Source: a virus (Duplodnaviria; Caudoviricetes). From it: a stretch of DNA of 51,206 bases. This document shows, in pieces, positions 1-9,223 of the stretch. The position numbers and the translations under genes were made by a program. The stretch is from positions 1 through 51,206 of IMG/VR virus record IMGVR_UViG_3300036823_000047; one strand, 5' to 3'. The notes below the pieces were generated by a model. That model searched no databases. It was not told where the DNA came from and saw only the letters and a list, made by a program, of their open reading frames with translations. Numbering within the stretch: the first letter of the stretch is position 1; every line of letters starts with the position of its first letter.

Positions 1-127
1 GGTATCTCGATCCTCCGTTCCGCGTACAAGCACTACCAGTACAAGGACACGCTGTACAAGATCGATGCTATTCAGAAGGAGCGTCACGGCATCGGCGTTC
101 CGGTCATCAAGCTTCCGCCGGGCTGGA
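1..127. repeat. 127-bp exact terminal duplication (left copy); circular/permuted genome, probable assembler overlap
   Basis: 1-127 is identical to 51080-51206; the portal reading frame runs continuously across the junction. Confidence 0.95.
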
Positions 128-810
128 AGCGTGAGGACAAGATCCTCGCCGAGCAGATCGGTCGCAACCTTCGTACCAACGAACGTTCACATATCATCCT
201 CCCACCAATGTGGGACATCATGTTCGCCAAGCTCGAAGGTCAGCCGGTGGATTGTCTCGGCTCGATCGAGCACCACAACATGATGATCATGACCAACGTG
301 CTTGCACCGTTCCTTACTAGCTCTTCTGTCAAGAAGGAGAGCCTGGAGACCTTCTACAAGGGTACTCGGTACATCGCGGAGACCATTGCGGACACGATGA
401 ACCGTTATGTCATCCAGCCGCTGGTTGACATTAACTACTCTCGTGTCAAGTACCCTGAGCTCAAGGTCAAGCGGATCGGCGAGTGGGAAGACGCTCGCAC
501 GCAGAGCTTCACCCTCCGCAACTACGTCGGTGCAGGTCTCATTGTTCCGGACAAGACGCTCGAAGCATACCTTCGCGACGAGAATGACCTGCCCGAGATC
601 GATGAGGAGACGCGTGAGCCTCTCCAGATCGGCAGTGCGACTGACCCGAATGCTAACGTTCAGGCTGGTGCGCCTGGAGCTCCTGGCAGTGCTCCGAACG
701 CTGCGAATCCTCCCAAGCCTGCACGCACCGGTCCTCCTCGTCAGGGACCTGCAAGTCCTGGTTCGCCTCGACACAACGGCGGTAACGACAGGTCCGGAGG
801 TACGAAGTGA
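1..810 (+). CDS. Portal protein (Mu gp29/DUF935-like), C-terminal part; continues from 50354
   Basis: Frame 1 reads GISILRSAYKHYQYKD...ERHGIGVP into ORF 208-810; the joined gene is about 511 aa and follows the large terminase. Confidence 0.88.
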   Translation, partial: GISILRSAYKHYQYKDTLYKIDAIQKERHGIGVPVIKLPPGWKREDKILAEQIGRNLRTNERSHIILPPMWDIMFAKLEGQPVDCLGSIEHHNMMIMTNVLAPFLTSSSVKKESLETFYKGTRYIAETIADTMNRYVIQPLVDINYSRVKYPELKVKRIGEWEDARTQSFTLRNYVGAGLIVPDKTLEAYLRDENDLPEIDEETREPLQIGSATDPNANVQAGAPGAPGSAPNAANPPKPARTGPPRQGPASPGSPRHNGGNDRSGGTK

Positions 811-1250
811 CTACACCTACGATGATTACGGTCATCGGGGATCTCATTCCGGATGAGCGTGCGACCCAAGTCACGTTCTATGTTCCGCAGATCATTCGCT
901 ACAGTCATGGACCTGAGACGATCATCCCATCGGAACTGATCGCGCTTCCACTCCCTGATGGGACGTTCACTCTTCCTGTGTACAGCACGAACGATCCTGA
1001 TTGGAGTCCCAACAACTGGAACTACCTGGTTAGCATCGATGGACCTGACGTGCACAGGGAGTACTACGTTCAGGTTCCCTATGATGTAGTGGGTGCGGAG
1101 ATCAACTTCTCTGCTATCCTGCCCGTACAGCCGGCAAGCAAAGGGACCTTGTACGCACCGTTCGCTCATGGGGCGCACGTGCTAGTGCTGGCTACGGGTG
1201 CGGACGTTCCAGAAGGTACACCACCCAACACCTTGATTGCGAGGGTCTAA
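807..1250 (+). CDS. Hypothetical virion-associated protein
   Basis: GTGA overlap with portal stop; LPDGTFTLPV...PNNWNYLVS resembles N-terminal modules of actinophage minor structural proteins. Confidence 0.6.
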   Translation: MTTPTMITVIGDLIPDERATQVTFYVPQIIRYSHGPETIIPSELIALPLPDGTFTLPVYSTNDPDWSPNNWNYLVSIDGPDVHREYYVQVPYDVVGAEINFSAILPVQPASKGTLYAPFAHGAHVLVLATGADVPEGTPPNTLIARV

Positions 1251-1251
1251 T

Positions 1252-1782
1252 ATGTCCGTTGTTGGCACTGACATGCTCCTCATGTTCAGTGTCTCGGCTG
1301 CTGCTGGCGATACCACTGCCGGTACTGCTGCGACCTCACTCGGTGACCAGGTCAGCACGACTCAGGTCACTACTGCGACGATGGACAACCTCTTCGACGA
1401 TGTCTCCTCATCGGAAGCTTCCAGTGGTGACACGGAGTATCGTTGTGTCTTCGTCAAGAACAACCACGCCACTGACACCGCGTTCAACGTTCAGCTGATC
1501 GTCCAGTCCGAGATTGCTCTTGGTGGCTCGATCACGGTGGCTGTCGACAACATCGGTGTCACTGCCAAGGCGTCAGCGAGTGCTCAGGCGCTGGCTGTTG
1601 CGAACGAGAACACTGCTCCTTCGGGCGGTGCAGGTGTTGGCAGCTTCGGTTCCTCAGCTAGCGCTGCCGCTTCGATGGGACCTGGTACCGTTCAGGGCTT
1701 CTGGGTCAAGAGGGTTGTCGGAGCTTCTACTGCTGCACTGTCTCTGGATGGTGGCGTTCTCCGGATTGGTGGGGACGGCTAA
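1252..1782 (+). CDS. Hypothetical structural protein (NLFDDVS...YRCVFVKNNH...GFWVKR type)
   Basis: ATG 1 nt after previous stop; Ala/Gly/Ser-rich beta-type sequence in the structural operon. Confidence 0.65.
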   Translation: MSVVGTDMLLMFSVSAAAGDTTAGTAATSLGDQVSTTQVTTATMDNLFDDVSSSEASSGDTEYRCVFVKNNHATDTAFNVQLIVQSEIALGGSITVAVDNIGVTAKASASAQALAVANENTAPSGGAGVGSFGSSASAAASMGPGTVQGFWVKRVVGASTAALSLDGGVLRIGGDG

Positions 1783-3236
1783 TGAGTAGGGCCTTCAACG
1801 GTGGTACAACGCTGGACATGATCACGTTCGGTGTCGGGGCTGCTCCGCCGGACCAAGGCCCTATCACCATTGCTGTCTTGGCTAAGGCCACTGGTGTTGG
1901 TACGAACACCTCGTACATGATCCAGGGCATGAATGGTTCGACTGCTGTCTGGTCGTTCCTGTTCAGTAACAATGCCGGTGGTAAGATGTTCATCGAAGGT
2001 GACTTCGGTGCAGGTGGAGCTGGTCTCACCACTGACTGGGCTTGGTATGTAATCACGAAGGCAGCAGGCTCTGCGCTCCCCCGATTCTCTTCGAAGGACG
2101 TCACTACAGGAGGTGCATGGGCACATGCTAATGGTACCTTCTCTGTTGGTGATGGTACTGGCCCGATCACATCTATTCGTGTCGGATCGAACAACGCACT
2201 AGGAACTACCTTCCGTGGTTCGATTGCTGTCATTGGACTCTGGGATACGCAGCTCAGTGATGCAGACGTTGAGCTCGCGTGCACCTTGGCCTACAGTGAC
2301 ATTGTTACAACGAAAGCTGCGAAGTGGGCGGTCAAGCTCAACCAGGCGAGCATCGCGACGAGTGTCACGAACGACGCAGCTGGTGGTGGTAACCAGACAG
2401 CGATCTCGAACACTGCCGTAGATGTTACTGGTACTCCTGATCCTCCTGGGTACAACTACACGCTGTCGTCGACTACTCCCTTCACGCATGACTACTCTCT
2501 TCAGTGGCGTGTTCTAAACTCCTTCACCAAGGATACGTCACTCCAGTGGCGAGTACTAAACGCATTCACTGCAGATACCAGTTTGCAGTGGAGGGTGTTG
2601 AATGCCTTCACGAAGGATACGAGTCTTCAGTGGCGAGTGCTTAACGGCTTCACTCATGACTACCAGCTTCAGTGGAATGTTCTGAATAGCTTCACCAAGG
2701 ATGTCAGTCTGCAATGGAGGGTACTCAACTCCTTTACCCATGACACTCAGCTACAATGGCGTGTGCTGAATGGGTTCACGGCTGACACACAGCTCCAATG
2801 GCGTGTCTTGAATGCCCTCCACAATGACTATGACATTCAGTGGGCTATCCTATCTGGGACGGCTTTCACTCATGACTACAGCCTTCAGTGGCGAGTGCTT
2901 AATGCCTTCCAGGCAGATACGTCGCTTCAATGGCGTGTACTAAACGCGTTCCAGAACGACTACACTTTGCAATGGCAGGTCCTTAGCGGATCAGCCTTCC
3001 AGCATGACTACGTACTCCAATGGCGAGTCCTGAATGGATTCGTCAAGGACACCAATCTGCAGTGGCGAGTTCTTAACCACTTCACCAAGGACACGAACCT
3101 TCAATGGCGTGTATTGGGTCCTAGCAGCATCGTGTTCTCGTACTGGTACAAAGGCGTAGAAGTTCCTGCAGACATCGAAGGGATCTGGAACGGTTCGACA
3201 GTTGTACCTGTAACGTCGTTTGAGATTTCCTCGTGA
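1782..3236 (+). CDS. Putative fibre/decoration protein: lectin/LamG-like N-terminal domain plus 15 tandem 14-16-aa FTxDxxLQWRVLN repeats
   Basis: TAATG coupling; FRGSIAVIGLWDTQLSDADV resembles the end of LamG/ConA-like domains; repeats visible in translation. Confidence 0.7.
   Translation: MSRAFNGGTTLDMITFGVGAAPPDQGPITIAVLAKATGVGTNTSYMIQGMNGSTAVWSFLFSNNAGGKMFIEGDFGAGGAGLTTDWAWYVITKAAGSALPRFSSKDVTTGGAWAHANGTFSVGDGTGPITSIRVGSNNALGTTFRGSIAVIGLWDTQLSDADVELACTLAYSDIVTTKAAKWAVKLNQASIATSVTNDAAGGGNQTAISNTAVDVTGTPDPPGYNYTLSSTTPFTHDYSLQWRVLNSFTKDTSLQWRVLNAFTADTSLQWRVLNAFTKDTSLQWRVLNGFTHDYQLQWNVLNSFTKDVSLQWRVLNSFTHDTQLQWRVLNGFTADTQLQWRVLNALHNDYDIQWAILSGTAFTHDYSLQWRVLNAFQADTSLQWRVLNAFQNDYTLQWQVLSGSAFQHDYVLQWRVLNGFVKDTNLQWRVLNHFTKDTNLQWRVLGPSSIVFSYWYKGVEVPADIEGIWNGSTVVPVTSFEISS
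2481..3122 (+). repeat. Coding tandem repeat, about 42-bp unit x15 (two 48-bp units), synonymously diverged
   Basis: Repeated LQWRVLN encoded by varied codons (cag tgg cgt gtt cta / caa tgg agg gta ctc etc.). Confidence 0.9.
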
Positions 3237-3238
3237 CC

Positions 3239-3268
3239 TTGCGAGGGCTTAGTTGTCCACTATATAAT
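3239..3268 (+). promoter_or_regulatory. Sigma70/HrdB-type promoter for head genes
   Basis: TTGCGA-N18-TATAAT followed by CAAGCA, then GGAGG RBS. Confidence 0.7.
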
Positions 3269-3291
3269 CAAGCACAGCCCGGGAGGTGAAA

Positions 3292-4533
3292 ATGGCACGT
3301 TTTGGTTACTACACCGATCTGCGTGGACTGACTCTCGCTGAGGGTGAGAAGAAGTGGCTACAGGCCATGCGCGTGGGAGATTACCTTCACCCAGCGTACG
3401 GCAAGATCAGCTTCACTACGGATCGGCTCAAGCGCTTCGCTGACTCTGTCAAGAACAAGGTCCGCGGCATTGCGCTTGACATCGACTACGACCACAAGGC
3501 CGACCCTGCCCGAGGCAATGAAGCCGCTGGGTGGGTAGAGGACGCTAAGGTCGAGGGGGACGCCCTCTACCTGCTCGTGGACTGGACGAAGACAGCCGCA
3601 GAGAAGATCCGTGAAGGTGCCTACCGCTACTTCAGTCCAGAGTTCCAGGACGAGTGGCGTGACGCGAACGGTATCCAACACAGGGACGTTCTCTTCGGTG
3701 GTGGAATCACCAATCGTCCGTTCCTGAAGGATCTGCTTCCGGTCAACCTGAGCGAGCTGACGTTCGCGGAGAAGAAAGAGGAAGGTATGGACCTGAGCAA
3801 GCTTCGCAAGCTCTATGGTCTCGCCGAGGACGGTTCCCAGGATGACCAGATCCTGACCCGCGCCGAGGAAGACCGGAACGCTGCGACCACCAAGGGCGGG
3901 ACGGTCGACAAGACCGCCACCACCCACGCTCCGAACAACTCGGCGCTCGACAAGCAGCCCACGGTCAACGGCCAGAAGCTCGACGCGACGACCGCCGGCC
4001 AGGTGAACCCGGACGGCACTCAGATCAGCCAGGACGAGTTCCAGCTGAGCGAGCTCGCCAAGACCAACCCGATGATCCGCCTGATGCTGGCCGAGCGCGC
4101 CGAGACCAACAAGCGTCTGGCCGAGCTCGAGCAGGCGAACCTCCTCAGCGAGATCACGATCAAGCTGAACGAGTATCGTACCGGCGACAAGGTGGTGGCT
4201 CCTGCCATCCTCGACGAGGCGACCAAGCTCCTCGCCGCGCTGCCTCGTCAGCTGCACGAGAAGGTTCACGCCATGCTGGCCGAGGTCAAGAAGCTCGGTG
4301 CAGCCGCCACGGTGCAGCTGGGTGAGACCGCGACGGGCAACGGTGCCAGCAACGACCGTGGCGCCATGCAGCTCGCCGAGAAGAAGGTCGACGACCTCGT
4401 CGCCAGGAAGCTCTCCGAGGCCAAGGCGGCCGGCAACGAGCTCTCCTACGCTGACGCCATGACCGACATCTTCCGGGAAGACCCGAAGCTGTTCACCGAG
4501 TACCAGAACGCGTCCTACGCGTTCCGCATCTGA
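3292..4533 (+). CDS. Capsid maturation protease fused to scaffold (Mu gpI-like)
   Basis: DIDYDH, AAGW, YRYFSPEF, GGGITNRPFLK motifs; helical C-terminal scaffold; RBS favours ATG 3292. Confidence 0.88.
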   Translation: MARFGYYTDLRGLTLAEGEKKWLQAMRVGDYLHPAYGKISFTTDRLKRFADSVKNKVRGIALDIDYDHKADPARGNEAAGWVEDAKVEGDALYLLVDWTKTAAEKIREGAYRYFSPEFQDEWRDANGIQHRDVLFGGGITNRPFLKDLLPVNLSELTFAEKKEEGMDLSKLRKLYGLAEDGSQDDQILTRAEEDRNAATTKGGTVDKTATTHAPNNSALDKQPTVNGQKLDATTAGQVNPDGTQISQDEFQLSELAKTNPMIRLMLAERAETNKRLAELEQANLLSEITIKLNEYRTGDKVVAPAILDEATKLLAALPRQLHEKVHAMLAEVKKLGAAATVQLGETATGNGASNDRGAMQLAEKKVDDLVARKLSEAKAAGNELSYADAMTDIFREDPKLFTEYQNASYAFRI

Positions 4534-4546
4534 GAGGGGGTAAACA

Positions 4547-4966
4547 ATGGGTCCTAACTACGTTCTCGACAAGGGCATGAACCTCGCCAACTCGGGTGCT
4601 GCTCAGGCGATCTACCGGTTCATGAAGTTCGGTTCCGCCGAGAACCAGGTCCTCCAGACCGCGGCGATCACCGACAAGGCGCTCGGCGTCACCCAGCAGC
4701 GTATCGAGGCTGTCGACTCCGCTACGGGTAACGTGCAGGTCGACGTTCGCATCCTGGGCATCTCCAAGGTCGAGGTCGGCGCTGCCAACTCGGGCGTCAT
4801 CGCTCTCGGTTCGCCGGTCGCTCCCGACGCCAGTGGCTGTGCCCAGGTTTGCGCCGCGACGCAGACCATGGCCGGCATCGCCATGCAGGCCGGCTCCGCT
4901 GCTGGTCAGTGGATCGACGTTCTGCTTCTGCCGTACGCCCGCAGCACGGCTGCCGGCACCGCGTAA
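4547..4966 (+). CDS. Capsid decoration/cement protein (DUF2190-like)
   Basis: Small Ala/Gly-rich protein between protease and capsid; G-I-A-x-x-A...G-x-x-I-D-V-L-L pattern. Confidence 0.7.
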   Translation: MGPNYVLDKGMNLANSGAAQAIYRFMKFGSAENQVLQTAAITDKALGVTQQRIEAVDSATGNVQVDVRILGISKVEVGAANSGVIALGSPVAPDASGCAQVCAATQTMAGIAMQAGSAAGQWIDVLLLPYARSTAAGTA

Positions 4967-4992
4967 CTATCTGAGAGAGGAGGCAACACACA

Positions 4993-5970
4993 ATGGCGGT
5001 TTACAACCCCAATGGTGGCGGCAACGTTCACATCGACAAGATCCTCACTCAGATCTCGATCGGGTGGCCGAACAACGGCTTCGTGGGCGAGGCTCTGTTC
5101 CCGAGTGTCGGCGTCGCCAAGCAGTCGGACCTGTACTACGTGTTCGGCCGTGAGGGCTGGCTGCCGGAGCGTGGCGACGAGCGTGCTCCTGGCACCGAGG
5201 CCAACGAGATCCCGGGCATCCAGGTCTCGACGAACCCGTACTACGCGAAGGAGCACGCGCTCCAGATCGCAGTCACGGACGAGGAGCGAGAGAACGCTGA
5301 CTCTCCTCTCTCGCCGGACCGTGACGCCACCGAGCTGGTGACTTCGAAGATCATGCTGGGCCGCGAGCTCGCCATGAAGACCCTGGCCACCACCGCTGCG
5401 AACTACGCCACGGGCAACTCGATCACCCTTTCGGGTGTCGACCAGTGGGACTCCGGTGACGTGACCGGTTCCGACCCGATCGCGGACACTCGCTTGGGCA
5501 TCATCACGATGCACTCGAAGCTGTTCCTGCGCCCGAACACCATGGTGATCCCCTTCCAGGTCATGTCTGCCCTGGAGGACCACCCGAAGTTCCTCAACCG
5601 CATCATCTACTCGGAGCGGGGCATCTTCAGCCAGGACCTTCTGGCGGCGCTGTTCCACATCGACAAGTTCATCGTTCCGGGTGTCGGCTACAACACGGCC
5701 GTCAACTACGGTGCGGCGGAGACGCTCGGCTACGTCTGGGGCGATGACGTCATCCTGGCCTACGTGCCGGACCGTCCGGGCATGAAGACCCCTGCGTTCG
5801 GGTACGAGTTCCGGTGGGGTCAGCAGTTCGTGGACCGCTGGCGCGAGGAGAAGCGTGCGTCGGACGTCATCCGCATCCGGCGTCGCTACGACCTCAAGAA
5901 CGTGGCCCTCGATGGCTCCGGCAAGAACGTTGCCGGCTACATCATCAAGAACACCCTCGCGGCGTTCTAG
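4993..5970 (+). CDS. Major capsid protein
   Basis: 325 aa; HIDKILTQISIG, ERAPGTEA, RPNTMVI motifs; strongly GC3-biased codons; synteny. Confidence 0.88.
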   Translation: MAVYNPNGGGNVHIDKILTQISIGWPNNGFVGEALFPSVGVAKQSDLYYVFGREGWLPERGDERAPGTEANEIPGIQVSTNPYYAKEHALQIAVTDEERENADSPLSPDRDATELVTSKIMLGRELAMKTLATTAANYATGNSITLSGVDQWDSGDVTGSDPIADTRLGIITMHSKLFLRPNTMVIPFQVMSALEDHPKFLNRIIYSERGIFSQDLLAALFHIDKFIVPGVGYNTAVNYGAAETLGYVWGDDVILAYVPDRPGMKTPAFGYEFRWGQQFVDRWREEKRASDVIRIRRRYDLKNVALDGSGKNVAGYIIKNTLAAF

Positions 5971-5982
5971 GAAGGAGCGGAC

Positions 5983-6234
5983 ATGGCGAACAAGTTCACC
6001 GCTGCTACGCGGATCAAGCACGGTCGTCGGACCGAAGACGGTTCGGCCGAAGGCAAGTACGAGTCGGTCACCTTCGAGCAGGGCGAAGAGGTCAAGGGCC
6101 TCGAGCCGTCCGAGATGAAGGAACTCTGGGAAGCCGGAGCGCTCGTCAAGGCCGAAGGCGACGAGACCGAGACCCCGAAGGAGTCTTCGAAGTCGAAGGC
6201 TCCTTCGGCTCCCGAGGACCCGCCGAAGAAGTAA
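5983..6234 (+). CDS. Small hypothetical protein after capsid gene
   Basis: AGGAG RBS; high GC3; typical post-capsid position. Confidence 0.7.
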   Translation: MANKFTAATRIKHGRRTEDGSAEGKYESVTFEQGEEVKGLEPSEMKELWEAGALVKAEGDETETPKESSKSKAPSAPEDPPKK

Positions 6235-6238
6235 GCCA

Positions 6239-6277
6239 GAGGCCCCCAAAGCGTCCGGGGCGGTCCGCGGGGGCCTC
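6239..6277 (+). terminator. GC-rich hairpin after capsid block
   Basis: gaggcccc...ggggcctc inverted repeat right after the stop codon. Confidence 0.55.
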
Positions 6278-6300
6278 TCCAAATATAGAAAGGAGCCAGC

Positions 6301-6750
6301 ATGTCTGCATTGATCCTACTGCAAGAAGCACAAGCATGGGGCGAGAAGACGAAGCTGGCTCCTGCGTGGGAAAATGGTCTTGACACTGTTCTGCTAGAGC
6401 AGATCCAGTCGGAGGTGCTCGGCAACATTGCAAGCGTTGCCGACACTGCAACCTGGATCGACTCGCCGACCACTCCCACGTTGGTCAAGACGATCATCTC
6501 CAAGCTGTATGTAGCCTGGATCATTGATCGGCAGTACTCAGAGGATGAGGAGCTCTCGCAGTACGCCGCGCTGTTGCGTGCCACCGCGTTGTCTCTGCAG
6601 ACGAGCATCACCTCGAGCGATATCGACATTCCTGGTGTCGTTGTCGGAGATGCCGGTGACGGTCTCCCTGGTATGTACCCCCTAGATACTACCACAGACC
6701 GTCACGGGCGTCCCTATGGTCCGTACTTCACGATGGACGCAGTCTTCTGA
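6301..6750 (+). CDS. Head-to-tail adaptor (Mu gp36-like)
   Basis: TPTLVKTIISKLYVAWI helix pattern; size and synteny. Confidence 0.6.
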   Translation: MSALILLQEAQAWGEKTKLAPAWENGLDTVLLEQIQSEVLGNIASVADTATWIDSPTTPTLVKTIISKLYVAWIIDRQYSEDEELSQYAALLRATALSLQTSITSSDIDIPGVVVGDAGDGLPGMYPLDTTTDRHGRPYGPYFTMDAVF

Positions 6751-6762
6751 GAGGAGGTCATT

Positions 6763-7464
6763 ATGGCAGGTATCGAAGACCTAATGACAGCTTCTCAAAT
6801 CGCTGGGGCTATCGATAACATCCGTTTCGACGGAATGATCACGGCGTTCGAGTTCCAGCCGTCGATTGGCATCATGGCCAAGAAGTTCGCAGCCTTGGCT
6901 GACGAGCTGCAAGACCTCCGAGTGCCTCTCACTGAGTCAATCGTTGAGGTCATGGAGATCTCGATCCTGGAGAACTTCATGTCAGGAGGTCGTCCTACTT
7001 GGGATGACCTATCTCCTGTGACCGTAGGCATTCGAGCCAAGCAGAGTTCCGGCACGTTGATCCTAGTACGCTCTGGTAAGCTTGCTGAAGCTGCAAGCTC
7101 CTTGGGCATCTGGTCGATCGGCAAGTCCACAGCAACTGTACGTGACCTTCCTGCCGATGTCTGGTACGGTAAGGTACATCAGGCTGGTTACGGTGGAAGT
7201 CAGTTCTCTGGTGGCAACTGGTTCAAGAAGTACCAGAGCGCTGCACGTAAGGCTGTAGGACCGGATGAGGATCAAAAGACTGTTGACGAACTTGCTTACA
7301 AGATGTTCGACAAGAGGCTGAACAGTCATGGGCCGGCACCGCGCGGAGCATCCCCTATCCCAGCTCGTCCGTTCATTATGTTCCAGGACGAAGACATTGA
7401 TGCGATCCAGAACATCTTTGCCAAATGGGTGGAGAAGAAGGTTGAGGAGGTGCTTACCCTGTGA
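6763..7464 (+). CDS. Virion morphogenesis/tail completion protein (Mu gpG-like)
   Basis: NF..GGRPTWDDLSP, ILVRSGKL, YGKVHQAG, IPARPF motifs. Confidence 0.8.
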   Translation: MAGIEDLMTASQIAGAIDNIRFDGMITAFEFQPSIGIMAKKFAALADELQDLRVPLTESIVEVMEISILENFMSGGRPTWDDLSPVTVGIRAKQSSGTLILVRSGKLAEAASSLGIWSIGKSTATVRDLPADVWYGKVHQAGYGGSQFSGGNWFKKYQSAARKAVGPDEDQKTVDELAYKMFDKRLNSHGPAPRGASPIPARPFIMFQDEDIDAIQNIFAKWVEKKVEEVLTL

Positions 7465-7928
7465 GCAGCCCCGCCAAGTATCCATCCGTGATCGCGCAAA
7501 GGATCTTCGCGCTGCTGGACGCGGCGAAGACGGATCTGATGAACGACAACGCACTGGTGTTCTACGGGGACCAGAACCGTGTGCCTGTTACCCCTGCGCT
7601 GTGTGTCGAAAGTGGCGAGACGGGTCGTGCGCTCGGAGGGGTCCCGAACCGCGTTGAGAACACGCACACCTGTTACATCATCCTGTACCACTCGCCAGTC
7701 GATGAGACGCAGACCTCCAAGCTTCAGTCGGAACAGTACGCGGAAGCGGTCACAGCCTTCCTCGATACGAACCTGACGCTGGACCTGGATGGCGATGGAG
7801 GCATTGTTATCCATGGGTTCGTACGTAACATCGAACCAGGCTACAGCTACAAGAACAAGGGTAACACGCTTATGAACTCTGTCCGCCTAACCTGGCAGGG
7901 CACGACGAAGACGATTTTGGGGGCTTGA
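7461..7928 (+). CDS. Putative tail terminator
   Basis: VFYGDQ..P.TPALCVE pattern; lies before the major tail gene. Confidence 0.6.
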   Translation: MSSPAKYPSVIAQRIFALLDAAKTDLMNDNALVFYGDQNRVPVTPALCVESGETGRALGGVPNRVENTHTCYIILYHSPVDETQTSKLQSEQYAEAVTAFLDTNLTLDLDGDGGIVIHGFVRNIEPGYSYKNKGNTLMNSVRLTWQGTTKTILGA

Positions 7929-8134
7929 TGCTTTACAAAGTCACTAACCTGGGTGAAGCCCGAACCGTCACGTTCCTCGGCGTGTTCGCGAAGGGCGAGT
8001 CCAGGGAGTTCAACCAGTCCGAGATGGAGAGCTTCCAGGCGATGTCTGGCGTTCCGATCTTCGCTTCCGTCCTCACCGACGAAGACGAGTTCGACGTCGT
8101 AGTCATCTCCGACGACACTGAGAAGGTGAGCTAA
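7928..8134 (+). CDS. Small hypothetical protein
   Basis: TGATG coupling upstream, TAATG downstream. Confidence 0.65.
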   Translation: MLYKVTNLGEARTVTFLGVFAKGESREFNQSEMESFQAMSGVPIFASVLTDEDEFDVVVISDDTEKVS

Positions 8135-9069
8135 TGGCATACGGTGTTGGCGCAGGTGGCATCATGGGCGTCGCGCTGGAGACTGTCTCCGGTACGTACG
8201 TCGCTCCGGCCAAGTTCGTCCCGTTCAACAGCGAGAGTCTCCAGTATCAGCAGGAGACCAACTTCCGTCGAGTCATCCGCAACTCGCCTGACGTGAGCTA
8301 CGCCGTTCCCGGCAACGCTCACATCGAGGGCGAGATCGCCATGGATGCCCTCGAGGACATCCTGCCGTACTTCATGACTGCGTCTCGCATGGACGTCGTG
8401 AAGACTGGTACGACTCCGAACTGGATCTACACCGGTACTCCAAACGCTCTCGCCACGCCTGCCAAGACCATGTCGGTCACGATCATTCGTGACGGCATCG
8501 TCTACGGTTACGTTGGGTGCGTCATCGGCAACTTCACCTTCGGCATCGACGACGGCACGATGACCTACACGGTCAACATCCAGGGTGCTGACGAGGCTGT
8601 CCAGACGGCACCTGGTTCGGTCACCTGGCCTACGACCACTCCGTACGGCATGGGTCAGTACAGCATCGAGATCCCCACGGGCACTCCGGTCACCGACGCT
8701 GACACCTTCGAGTTCCAGGTCGAGGACAACGCCGAGCCGCAGTACCGGCTGAAGAACCCCACACGTGGCGCGAACTTCGTCAAGTTCGGTGAGCGCGAGG
8801 TCACGCTCACGATGGACCGTGACTTCCAGTCTCGGACTGACTACGACGCCTTCAAGGCGATGACGTCGCAGACCATCACGCTGACGGCCAGCAAGGGCAC
8901 GAACAACAGCGTTTCGATCCTCGCGCCGGTGTCGATCAAGGACACCTACGAGGTGAACCTTAGCGGCCAGGGCGACCTCGTTCGTGCATCGATCGCATAC
9001 CAGTGCCTCGTCGGACCATCGACGGCTTCGTACACGATCGTCGTGAAGACGCAAGAGTCCCTCACCTAG
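8134..9069 (+). CDS. Major tail (tube) protein
   Basis: 311 aa, G.A.ET..GTYVAP N-terminus, high GC3, upstream of chaperones and tape measure. Confidence 0.85.
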   Translation: MAYGVGAGGIMGVALETVSGTYVAPAKFVPFNSESLQYQQETNFRRVIRNSPDVSYAVPGNAHIEGEIAMDALEDILPYFMTASRMDVVKTGTTPNWIYTGTPNALATPAKTMSVTIIRDGIVYGYVGCVIGNFTFGIDDGTMTYTVNIQGADEAVQTAPGSVTWPTTTPYGMGQYSIEIPTGTPVTDADTFEFQVEDNAEPQYRLKNPTRGANFVKFGEREVTLTMDRDFQSRTDYDAFKAMTSQTITLTASKGTNNSVSILAPVSIKDTYEVNLSGQGDLVRASIAYQCLVGPSTASYTIVVKTQESLT

Positions 9070-9076
9070 CATGGAG

Positions 9077-9123
9077 ACCCGGGGCGTGTGGAGTCTCGTA
9101 CAATCCACTCCCCCGGGTTTAAC
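9077..9123 (+). promoter_or_regulatory. Hairpin/terminator containing element-A half site (CGTGTGGAG-N23-GTTTAAC)
   Basis: acccgggg...ccccgggt stem; CGTGTGGAG at 9085-9093; GTTTAAC at 9117-9123. Confidence 0.7.
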
Positions 9124-9162
9124 ATGGTTAATCGCCCTCATCGGAATTTCGTCCGTTGGGGG

Positions 9163-9192
9163 TTGCTTTAACATTGTGATCCAAGGTATAAT
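9163..9192 (+). promoter_or_regulatory. Sigma70-type promoter for chaperone/tape measure genes
   Basis: TTGCTT-N18-TATAAT followed by CAAGCA (same downstream hexamer as the 3239 promoter). Confidence 0.7.
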
Positions 9193-9223
9193 CAAGCATA
9201 AGAGACCAGTGGAGGGTCACGAA

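Noticed and set aside
1-127. Biological direct terminal repeat
   Set aside because: It falls mid-portal gene, and 127 bp equals a common assembler k-mer, so it is best explained as circular overlap
2481-3122. CRISPR array or DGR template/variable repeat
   Set aside because: Repeats are in-frame, conserved at protein level and lack unique spacers; no reverse transcriptase seen
4906-6282. Long antisense ORFs (also 3358-4269, 8131-9195, 21746-22711, 39645-40493 and similar)
   Set aside because: Shadow frames of high-GC3 genes; no RBS or motifs, and they overlap well-supported CDS
9071-9223. N-terminal extension of the tail chaperone in the ORF track
   Set aside because: The region holds a hairpin, promoter and RBS; the real start is likely ATG 9224
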